Assembly (NCBI GenBank): GCA_050239825.1
Contig: JBFXGO010000005.1
Span: forward strand, 1 to 50,119
Reading direction: 5' to 3'
DNA: 50,119 nt
Origin: a bacterium
GTDB taxonomy: Bacteria; Hydrothermota; 32-111
Made by a program: the position numbers and the translations under genes. The notes beneath the pieces were generated by a model. It had not been told where the DNA came from, did no database searches, and saw only the letters and a program-made list of their open reading frames with translations. This document shows positions 19,401-27,766 of the stretch, piece after piece; within the stretch, counting starts at the first letter, position 1, and each line of letters starts with the position of its first letter.

Positions 19401-20477
19401 AAATCATATACTGACAATTTGAAGATTGTGTGGCAGGAGGAAGTAGCTTTGAACAGTTATAGAATTTATTTGGATGGAGTGAGGTTTGCTTATGATAATA
19501 CGGAGACAGACAAGAGATATCCTAAGATAAAGGATAAAATCCTGACATACATAGAGAATGGGAATAAAATGGTGGTATGTCCGAAGCTGATAAAATCAAC
19601 ATATGCCAATATAGAGATAAACGCTTCAGACAGTATCTTTAATCCTGAGATAGCAATGTATGTGACTTCAAACAGTGCATTGACAAAGATATATGTGAGG
19701 AGCGTATATACTGTAAAGAAGGATGACTACTATAGGATTGAAACGAGCTATGACAGGGTGGTTTCAGAGGATATGGCATCAGCCCTTATAGGCAATGAGA
19801 TAACTCTGAGTATTCCTACTGTTATTACAACAACAAGCTATTTGAAGGACTACCTGCCTTCAGGAGATAAACAGAAGGTGGAGAGGATAAGCGGGACATA
19901 TAACGGACTAAACAGATACAAGGACTACATGGTTGAGATTAAGACAACAAACAACAACAAGAATCAGCCGTATGTCGTAGTAGTAGATGGAGAGCTTGAG
20001 ACAGTGATATACGGTAAAGAAAACACAACACAGATACGGATAGACAGGAATGATTACTCAGAAGACAGGGGTATAGAGATATACCTTGACAGAGTAATAG
20101 GCAGTCCAAACAGAACAGTGGAGATGAAGGTTTATGAGTTTGACAAGATAGAGTCAGAGGTAAGCAATGCCGGAGCAAAGAAGATTAAGCTGTTTAATCC
20201 ATCAGAAGAAGGAAAGGATATTGACTGCGGGATTAAAGTGGATAAAATCAATGGTAAGCAGATAGTATTCAAGATAATGACAGACAGAGATGATGAATTG
20301 ACTGTAAAGCTTATAGACATAACAGGCAGGGAGGTGAATATGCCGATAAAGAAGCAGGTGAAGAGAGGTGAAAACACAATAAGAATAGAAACGGAGAGGA
20401 TGTCAAGCGGCATATACTTTTACACAGTAGAAGTAGGCGGAATGAGACAAACGGGCAAAGTGATGGTGATAAAGTAG
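16474..20477 (+). CDS. large secreted protein with T9SS type-A-like CTD; frameshifted (phase-OFF) at the (CT)11 tract
   Basis: ATG 16474 has a perfect RBS but its frame stops at TAA 16552-16554. The long frame (annotated from 16770) is open back to 16521 and encodes signal peptide RLRKLILIIVGIAVFFSLKA with no ATG. C-terminus VKLIDITGREV...SSGIYFY...KVMVIK is a CTD. Confidence 0.8.
16528..16549 (+). repeat. (CT)11 simple sequence repeat between start codon and signal-peptide core
   Basis: Read directly: ...GGGGTTA CTCTCTCTCTCTCTCTCTCTCT ACTAAAT...; the longest dinucleotide tract noticed in the window. Confidence 0.95.
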
Positions 20478-22323
20478 AATGAATAAGATAATCAGGAGCA
20501 AATGAAAAGATTACTATTGATACTGACGCTGGCAGTAATGCTGTCAGCGTCAATTATTATTGCTGAAGAGTTCCAGATAAGACAGATATTTGATATTGGA
20601 GATGGAGGACCTAGCAGTTTATCTGCCCCAAGAGCATTTTTGATGAATAGTGAAGAAATCTTAAAGCTATGTTCATGGCAACTTCATTATTATAATTATT
20701 TCTACATTTATAATTCAATTGAAAAAGATATGGAATTAATTAAAACAATTGAAAATGGTAATCTGGTGGATTTTGGTGATTATGATTATGATGGCATTAC
20801 AGATATCCTCGGAGTATTGCCTTCGTCGCTAACAACAATATATATATGCGAACAAACTGATAGTGATAGTATACATGTTGAATGGACCTGGAATAGCGGA
20901 GCAGTCATGGAAAATGGTATAGCTGCCTTAACGACAACCAATCTTTTCAAGACAGATGGGAGAGACAGGTTTTACGGGTCTCCAAACCCATATCAAGAGT
21001 ATGGAGAGCCATACGGCTGGTTTTATGCTGAGAGTGACAGCGATAACAGCTACCATGTGGAATATGTGAGTGACAACGGAGGAGACTTCAGAATAGTTTA
21101 CACAATGGATGTAGGATATGTTGATGATGACAGCTTATTGGATGTGGTAGCAGGGACGAATATGGGAGCGACGATATGGGAATCAAAGGATTCGGATAAT
21201 GACACATTTACGAATATAGTTGATCCGGATTCATATAGGGGCGGGGGACTGATAAAAATAATGAATGATATAGACAAAGATAACTTAAATGAATTCATGA
21301 CAGCCGGCAAGGCATACGACCAGTCGCCTGCTGAATGGCTATTTGGTATTTGCGAAACAAAGAGTAATGACTTATATGATACAATATGGAGCCATTGGAT
21401 TCGGAAGGACTACGGGCCGGTTGGAGCATCTTTTGACGGCTGCGGAGGCGACTATGGAGACATAGACGGAGACGGACAAGATGAACTTGTGCTTTGCGCA
21501 GGAAGCATAATAGAAGTGTTTGAGGTGGCAGAAGATGACAGCTTCGAGATGATATGGAGCATGGATAATGACACATTCTCAGGGAGCCTTGTATTGGTAT
21601 ATGACTTCACAGGCAATGGCAGAGCAGAGATAATCTGGACAGGCCAGTCGGACCCCCAACTGCCATTGACTTATGATATGGAGGTAATGAAGACATACAT
21701 AATAGAATGGGATACTTTGTATGATGAAAACAAACCCACACTTGATTCTGCAGTGGCGTATGAGGGGACAGTGGTGGGAGACGGGATAGATGAGGATGAT
21801 ATAGTGGGCCTGTATTTTAACAGAAGCATGGATACCTGCACAGTGAACAGAGGTAACATAGATGAAGTATTGAAACTGAGCAATAGCCATACATGGCTTG
21901 ACGGGACAGACAGCTTGGGAGCGGTGTGGTGGAACAGTATAAGGACAATAATGTTCATCAAGTTTAAGACAAATACAGAAAACCCTACAATAGCGGTAGG
22001 AGATACAATAAGCCCTGATAGTCTAACCATAAACGGAAGCGAACCATACAGATACCCTTGCTATAATGAGGTGATACTCAGAGGCGACTTTGGGCCGACA
22101 GGGATACAAGAAAACCGTGAGATAAAAGATGTTGCAGAGTTACAGAGTATCAGAGTAACAGGTTGTAAGACAATAGAGTGGAATACAAATACAGAAGCGA
22201 CATTAACAGTTTATGACATATCAGGAAGAGAATTAATTAAAGAGGAATCAGAGACAACAGGAGAACACAAAACAGACATCAAACACTTGAAGAACGGGAT
22301 ATACTTTATAAAACTGAAAACTA
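20313..22323 (+). repeat. tandem direct repeat unit, copy 1 (~2.08 kb period)
   Basis: Aligns with 22396-24409 at offset 2083 (5' part) and 2086 (3' part). Confidence 0.9.
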
Positions 22324-22364
22324 ACAATGAATCAATCACGCAGAAGCAGATAATAATAAGGTAA
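20502..22364 (+). CDS. secreted FG-GAP/VCBS-like (DxDxDG) beta-propeller protein with CTD, paralog A
   Basis: Signal peptide MKRLLLILTLAVMLSASIIIA; repeats DYDYDGITDIL, DIDKDNLNEF, DIDGDGQDELV, DFTGNGRAEII; CTD LTVYDISGRE...LKNGIYFIKL. Confidence 0.75.
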   Translation: MKRLLLILTLAVMLSASIIIAEEFQIRQIFDIGDGGPSSLSAPRAFLMNSEEILKLCSWQLHYYNYFYIYNSIEKDMELIKTIENGNLVDFGDYDYDGITDILGVLPSSLTTIYICEQTDSDSIHVEWTWNSGAVMENGIAALTTTNLFKTDGRDRFYGSPNPYQEYGEPYGWFYAESDSDNSYHVEYVSDNGGDFRIVYTMDVGYVDDDSLLDVVAGTNMGATIWESKDSDNDTFTNIVDPDSYRGGGLIKIMNDIDKDNLNEFMTAGKAYDQSPAEWLFGICETKSNDLYDTIWSHWIRKDYGPVGASFDGCGGDYGDIDGDGQDELVLCAGSIIEVFEVAEDDSFEMIWSMDNDTFSGSLVLVYDFTGNGRAEIIWTGQSDPQLPLTYDMEVMKTYIIEWDTLYDENKPTLDSAVAYEGTVVGDGIDEDDIVGLYFNRSMDTCTVNRGNIDEVLKLSNSHTWLDGTDSLGAVWWNSIRTIMFIKFKTNTENPTIAVGDTISPDSLTINGSEPYRYPCYNEVILRGDFGPTGIQENREIKDVAELQSIRVTGCKTIEWNTNTEATLTVYDISGRELIKEESETTGEHKTDIKHLKNGIYFIKLKTNNESITQKQIIIR

Positions 22365-22368
22365 ATAT

Positions 22369-22560
22369 ATGAAAGGAGAAGGAGACATAGAAGTGATAGA
22401 CATAACAGGCAGAGAGGTGAATATGCCGATAAAGAAGCAGGTGAAGAGCGGAACAAACAGCATAGTAATAGAAACGGAGAGGATGTCAAGCGGCATATAC
22501 TTTTACACAGTAGAAGTAGGCGGAATGAGACAAACGGGCAAGGTGATGGTGATAAAGTAG
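22369..22560 (+). pseudogene. orphan CTD fragment duplicating the 3' end of the large 16474-20477 gene
   Basis: IDITGREVNMPIKKQVK...ERMSSGIYFYTVEVGGMRQTGKVMVIK is nearly identical to the last ~54 aa of the large protein; no signal peptide. Confidence 0.75.
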
Positions 22561-24409
22561 AATGAATAAGATAATCAGGGGCAAATGAAAAGATTACTAT
22601 TGATACTGACGCTGGCAGTAATGCTGTCAGCGTCAATTATAAATGGAGATGAGTTTCAGATAAAACAAATATTGAATGTTGGGACTGGGCATCCTGTTTC
22701 ATATGATGTCCTAACCAAATTAAATTATTATAATAACAGAAGTTTGTTAATAATAAATTATTATGTTAATAGAATCCAATCAGATTTTTATGAATATAAT
22801 GGCTTTTCAAATTCATTTGAAAAGTGTAACACTCTAGACTCCGGCTGGGTATATGACGATGGTGATTTTGATTTAGATGGAAAAATAGATTATCTGGGTT
22901 CAACTTTGTATGATACAAGTAGCGTAGCAGTACAAGAACAATCAGATACAAATATGATTAATAATATATGGACTTGGACAAGTGGCCATGTGTTTGAAAA
23001 TGGATTATACGCATTATCCTCCACCAATTTATTCAAGACGGACGGGAGAGACAGGTTTTACGGTTCACCTAATCCGTATCAAGAGTATGGAGAGCCATAC
23101 GGCTGGTTTTATGCAGAGAGTGACAGCGATAACAGCTACCATGTGGAATATGTGAGTGACAACGGAGGAGACTTCAGAATAGTTTACACAATGGATGTAG
23201 GATATGTTGATGATGACAGCTTATTGGATGTGGTAGCAGGGACGAATATGGGAGCGACGATATGGGAATCAAAGGATTCGGATAATGACACATTTACGAA
23301 TATAGTTGATCCGGATTCATATAGGGGCGGGGGACTGATAAAAATAATGAATGATATAGACAAAGATAACTTAAATGAATTCATGACAGCCGGCAAGGCA
23401 TACGACCAGTCGCCTGCTGAATGGCTATTTGGTATTTGCGAAACAAAGAGTAATGACTTATATGATACAATATGGAGCCATTGGATTCGGAAGGACTACG
23501 GGCCGGTTGGAGCATCTTTTGACGGCTGCGGAGGCGACTATGGAGACATAGACGGAGACGGACAAGATGAACTTGTGCTTTGCGCAGGAAGCATAATAGA
23601 AGTGTTTGAGGTGGCAGAAGATGACAGCTTCGAGATGATATGGAGCATGGATAATGACACATTCTCAGGGAGCCTTGTATTGGTATATGACTTCACAGGC
23701 AATGGCAGAGCAGAGATAATCTGGACAGGCCAGTCGGACCCCCAACTGCCATTGACTTATGATATGGAGGTAATGAAGACATACATAATAGAATGGGATA
23801 CTTTGTATGATGAAAACAAACCCACACTTGATTCTGCAGTGGCGTATGAGGGGACAGTGGTGGGAGACGGGATAGATGAGGATGATATAGTGGGCCTGTA
23901 TTTTAACAGAAGCATGGATACCTGCACAGTGAACAGAGGTAACATAGATGAAGTATTGAAACTGAGCAATAGCCATACATGGCTTGACGGGACAGACAGC
24001 TTGGGAGCGGTGTGGTGGAACACAGCGAGGGACAGGATGTTTATAAAGTTTAAGACGAATACAGAAAACCCTACGATAGCAGTTGGAGATACAATAAGCC
24101 CTGACAGTATAACCATAAACGGGAGCGAGCCATACAGATACCCTTGCTATAATGAGGTGATACTCAGAGGCGACTTTGGGCCGGAAGGGACGGGAGAAAG
24201 CCGTGAGATAAAAGATGTTGCAGAGTTACAGAGTATCAGAGTAACAGGTTGTAAGACAATAGAGTGGAATGCAAATACAGAAGCAACATTAACAGTATAC
24301 GATATATCAGGAAGAGAATTAATTAAAGAGGAATCAAAGACAACAGGCGAACACAAAACAGACATCAGACACTTAAAGAACGGGATATACTTTATAAAAC
24401 TGAAAACTA
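22396..24409 (+). repeat. tandem direct repeat unit, copy 2
   Basis: Matches copy 1; core 23077-24022 is essentially identical to 20991-21936. Confidence 0.9.
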
Positions 24410-24450
24410 TGGCAAAGTCATACACCGTTAAGTATCTAAAACTAATTTAA
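22585..24450 (+). CDS. secreted FG-GAP/VCBS-like beta-propeller protein with CTD, paralog B
   Basis: Same first 19 aa and core as paralog A; divergent residues ~20-145 and last ~13 aa. Confidence 0.75.
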   Translation: MKRLLLILTLAVMLSASIINGDEFQIKQILNVGTGHPVSYDVLTKLNYYNNRSLLIINYYVNRIQSDFYEYNGFSNSFEKCNTLDSGWVYDDGDFDLDGKIDYLGSTLYDTSSVAVQEQSDTNMINNIWTWTSGHVFENGLYALSSTNLFKTDGRDRFYGSPNPYQEYGEPYGWFYAESDSDNSYHVEYVSDNGGDFRIVYTMDVGYVDDDSLLDVVAGTNMGATIWESKDSDNDTFTNIVDPDSYRGGGLIKIMNDIDKDNLNEFMTAGKAYDQSPAEWLFGICETKSNDLYDTIWSHWIRKDYGPVGASFDGCGGDYGDIDGDGQDELVLCAGSIIEVFEVAEDDSFEMIWSMDNDTFSGSLVLVYDFTGNGRAEIIWTGQSDPQLPLTYDMEVMKTYIIEWDTLYDENKPTLDSAVAYEGTVVGDGIDEDDIVGLYFNRSMDTCTVNRGNIDEVLKLSNSHTWLDGTDSLGAVWWNTARDRMFIKFKTNTENPTIAVGDTISPDSITINGSEPYRYPCYNEVILRGDFGPEGTGESREIKDVAELQSIRVTGCKTIEWNANTEATLTVYDISGRELIKEESKTTGEHKTDIRHLKNGIYFIKLKTMAKSYTVKYLKLI

Positions 24451-24472
24451 ATTTCTGTTAAACTCAAAATTC

Positions 24473-24501
24473 TTGACATAACTATATCAGTATGTTATAC
24501 T
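24473..24501 (+). promoter_or_regulatory. putative sigma70 promoter of secDF
   Basis: TTGACA (24473-24478), 17 nt, extended TGnTATACT (hexamer 24496-24501); AGGAGG RBS. Confidence 0.7.
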
Positions 24502-24540
24502 TATTTGTTTTGTAATTATATATAATGCATAGGAGGCTTA

Positions 24541-26079
24541 ATGAAACTGGATATCAGATGGAGAGTTCTGATTGTTGTCTTGGTGCTGGCGCTTTCTTTG
24601 TACCAGCTCTACTTTACATTCAAGTACTACACACTTTCAAATGAAGACAAGGTGAAGATGAAACCCGATGAAATAAGCCGCTTAAAAGACAGAGCGCTTC
24701 ATCTGGGTCTTGACCTGCAGGGAGGAATGAACCTGATACTTGAAGTTGACAAGACACAGCTGTCAAAGGAAGAGGCGGACGGAGCTGTTGACAGAGCTCT
24801 TGAAATTATAAGGAACAGAATAGACCAGTTCGGAGTTTCTGAACCAGTCATTGAAAAACAGGGAGCCAACAGAATAAATATCCAGCTTCCGGGAGTTGTT
24901 GACAGAGAGAGGGCAAAAGCCCTACTCGGGCAGACGGCTCAGCTCGAATTCAGAATAGTGGCGGAAAATGATGTCTTTCAAAAACTCATTGAAAACATAG
25001 ATAAGAGGCTTGATGATTTGAAATATGAGGAGAATGAGAGGCTTGGCACTTCAGTTGATTACAATGGCTCTGATTTCATTGTTTATCCTGAAAATGTGCA
25101 GGTAATAAAAGACATTCTCGCAATAGAAGAGATAAAGAAGCTTATTCCTGCTGATTATATAATAATGTGGGGCAGAGAGAGGGAGAGAGAGGGCACGACA
25201 ACTTCAATGCTTTATCTTGTGGACAAAAACGCTGTTTTGAAGGGAGACGCAATACTTGAAGCTCTTCCGGGCATAGGAACCAGCGACAATCCATACGGAG
25301 TCAAAGTACAGCTCACAATGAACCGTACGGCAAAAAACAAGTGGGCATCTATAACAGGTTCAAACATAGGCAGAAGAATAGCATTCTCTCTTGATTCAAT
25401 AATTGTTTCAGCTCCTGTGGTTAGGGAGAGAATACCTTCGGGAAATACGGAAATTTCCATGGGAACGGGAACTATAGATGATGCGAAGGACCTTGCCATA
25501 ATACTAAAGGCAGGAGCTCTTCCCGCGCCAGTAAAGATTGTTGAAGAACGCTCTGTCGGACCATCTCTCGGTTCGGATTCCATAAATCAGGGAGTAAAAT
25601 CAATAATTTACGGAGCCATAGTGGTATTTATTTTTATGGCAATATATTATGCAATGTCTGGGCTCATTGCCGACCTTGCAATGATTTTAAACCTTACGAT
25701 ACTTCTCGCGGTCCTTTCATTGTTCCGCACTACACTGACTCTGCCCGGAATGGCGGGACTCATTCTTCTCGTAGGTACAGCCATCGATGCCAATGTGCTT
25801 ATTTTTGAAAGAATCAGGGAGGAGATAGCCTCGGGAAAGACAATGAAGACTGCGATTTCAACAGGCTATGCAAAAGCATTCACCACGATACTTGACGCCA
25901 ATCTCACATCTCTTGTGACTGCAATCATTCTATATTGGTTCGGAACCGGACCTATTAAGGGATTCGCGGTTACATTGGGATTGGGTCTGGTGGTCAGTTT
26001 CTTCACCGCGATATTCGTGACAAGGGTGATTTTTGACCTGATCACAAGCAACAAGAACTTTAAGCGGCTTTCAATATAA
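24541..26079 (+). CDS. secD: protein translocase subunit SecD
   Basis: LGLDLQGG, RIDQFGVSEP, QLPGV, LKAGALPAP, VGPSLG, TLPGMAG, DANVLIFERIREE. Confidence 0.97.
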   Translation: MKLDIRWRVLIVVLVLALSLYQLYFTFKYYTLSNEDKVKMKPDEISRLKDRALHLGLDLQGGMNLILEVDKTQLSKEEADGAVDRALEIIRNRIDQFGVSEPVIEKQGANRINIQLPGVVDRERAKALLGQTAQLEFRIVAENDVFQKLIENIDKRLDDLKYEENERLGTSVDYNGSDFIVYPENVQVIKDILAIEEIKKLIPADYIIMWGREREREGTTTSMLYLVDKNAVLKGDAILEALPGIGTSDNPYGVKVQLTMNRTAKNKWASITGSNIGRRIAFSLDSIIVSAPVVRERIPSGNTEISMGTGTIDDAKDLAIILKAGALPAPVKIVEERSVGPSLGSDSINQGVKSIIYGAIVVFIFMAIYYAMSGLIADLAMILNLTILLAVLSLFRTTLTLPGMAGLILLVGTAIDANVLIFERIREEIASGKTMKTAISTGYAKAFTTILDANLTSLVTAIILYWFGTGPIKGFAVTLGLGLVVSFFTAIFVTRVIFDLITSNKNFKRLSI

Positions 26080-26085
26080 GGAGGA

Positions 26086-27396
26086 ATGATGTCATTTTCC
26101 AAGATAAAACTTCCGGAGATAGCCTTTATAAAGAACAGAAAAATTACTTATGCTATTTCCATAATTTTGATAATTGTGAGTCTGCTTTCAATGCTTTTTC
26201 ACGGAGGATTGAAATCAGGAATAGATTTTACAGGCGGAATAGTACTTCAGGTGCATTTTGACAAAGAGGTGCATATTGACCAACTTAGAACAGCAGTAAA
26301 AGAGGCCGGATACGGCAATGCGATGATTCAGAAATACGGAACATCCTCGGATTTCCTTATTAAAGTGCAGGGCGACTATGAGAAGGACAAGGACACTCTG
26401 GGACCTGTTGTGGCCGAGTTCGCAACATACCCGAACCCAACGGCAGGAGAGAAATCCGTGGCTTTAAGGGTGAGAGTCAAAGATGACAAGAGCGCGATAA
26501 AAAATCTTTTCCTGCGTTCCGACATATACTCTGCGGTTCAGCAGGTAAGCGCAATTGACAAGTATGACATACTTGACGAATACGGCACTATTGACATATC
26601 TGTTGAAGGATTTGCAAAGGATACCATAATTGATTTGTATCTTTTTGCAACCGATTATTCCGACAATGTCGGCCCCGAAAAGAAAATACAGATTCAGATA
26701 ACCAAAGACAAAAATACAGCTTCAAAGATTGTTGCAGAATGGGTTGATTCTACATTGGCAAAAAAAGAGACAAAAGCAGTTGTCTTTTCACCCTCTGAAA
26801 AACTTGTCAATCATCTGAAAGAAAAGTTCAAAGAAAATAATATCAGGGTTGACAGAGAAGAGGTTGTCGGTGCCGCAATGTCAAAGGAACTGCAGATGAA
26901 ATCACTTTGGGTAGTTCTTTTGGGGATGCTCGCCATTCTTGTTTATGTGTGGTTCAGGTTTACATTCCGTTTCGGAGTCTCGTCGGTTATAGCACTATTT
27001 CATGATGTTCTGATAACTTTAGGATTCTTGTCATTGACGGGACGAGAGATGTCGATACAAATAATAGCGGCTCTTCTGACTCTTATAGGGTATTCAATAA
27101 ATGATTCTATAATTGTTTCAGACAGGATAAGGGAGAATATAAAACTCCTCAGAAAGGATTCATTCCCCGACATTGTTAATAAATCTATAAATCAGGTGCT
27201 CGGAAGAACTATCATAACATCAAGCACTACACTTTTTGTGCTTCTTAGTTTGTTTGTCTTCGGAGGCGCAGTTATTCATGATTTTGCGTTTACTCTGATT
27301 ATCGGAGTATTTATAGGAACATACTCTTCCGATTTTGTAGTGGCTCCGCTCGTAGTTGACTGGGAGCTCAAATATCCCACCAAAAAGAGGGGGTGA
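26086..27396 (+). CDS. secF: protein translocase subunit SecF with ~135-aa periplasmic insertion
   Basis: GIDFTGG, ALFHDV, LTLIGYSINDSIIVSDRIREN, RTIITS, GTYSS; 436 aa, longer than typical SecF. Confidence 0.95.
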   Translation: MMSFSKIKLPEIAFIKNRKITYAISIILIIVSLLSMLFHGGLKSGIDFTGGIVLQVHFDKEVHIDQLRTAVKEAGYGNAMIQKYGTSSDFLIKVQGDYEKDKDTLGPVVAEFATYPNPTAGEKSVALRVRVKDDKSAIKNLFLRSDIYSAVQQVSAIDKYDILDEYGTIDISVEGFAKDTIIDLYLFATDYSDNVGPEKKIQIQITKDKNTASKIVAEWVDSTLAKKETKAVVFSPSEKLVNHLKEKFKENNIRVDREEVVGAAMSKELQMKSLWVVLLGMLAILVYVWFRFTFRFGVSSVIALFHDVLITLGFLSLTGREMSIQIIAALLTLIGYSINDSIIVSDRIRENIKLLRKDSFPDIVNKSINQVLGRTIITSSTTLFVLLSLFVFGGAVIHDFAFTLIIGVFIGTYSSDFVVAPLVVDWELKYPTKKRG

Positions 27397-27402
27397 CGCA
27401 AT

Positions 27403-27753
27403 ATTCTGAACACCTTTGAAAAAAGCTTAAAAAAAGGCGACATACTATTCAGGCAGGGAGACCCCCCTGATGAAGTGTATATGGTCAAGAGCGGAAAGAT
27501 TGAAATATTCATAAATGAGGGAGATGATAAAAAGCGTCTTGCAATTGTTACGGAGGGAGAATTCATAGGGGAAATGTCCATAATAGACGGCAGACCAAGG
27601 TCTGCGTCAGCAGGCGCCTTTGAAGATGCCACTGTGATAATGCTTGACAGAAAATCTCTCCTTAAGCAGATTGAGGAAGACCCGATGCTTGGAGCTCTCA
27701 TCACAACTCTTGTGAGACGACTGCGGGATATGGACAGAAAAGTTGCCAGGTAG
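27403..27753 (+). CDS. stand-alone cyclic-nucleotide-binding (cNMP) domain protein; start uncertain
   Basis: KKGDILFRQGD...YMVKSGKIEI...GEFIGEMSIIDGRPRSASA. Domain similarity extends upstream of ATG 27475; only ATT 27403 or CTG 27406 follow the GAGGGGGTGA SD-like motif. Confidence 0.75.
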   Translation: MLNTFEKSLKKGDILFRQGDPPDEVYMVKSGKIEIFINEGDDKKRLAIVTEGEFIGEMSIIDGRPRSASAGAFEDATVIMLDRKSLLKQIEEDPMLGALITTLVRRLRDMDRKVAR

Positions 27754-27766
27754 CAAAGGAGTCTCT

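Noticed and set aside
20313..24409. Diversity-generating retroelement (TR/VR pair)
   Set aside because: No reverse transcriptase in the window; repeats are ~2 kb whole genes; mismatches are not adenine-specific and many are synonymous.
27394..27396. Genome-wide UGA recoding (genetic code 4/25)
   Set aside because: Several complete genes (mazE, secF, the GpgS-HAD fusion, the Ppm1-like GT2) end normally at TGA, and long conserved ORFs are not broken by internal TGA.
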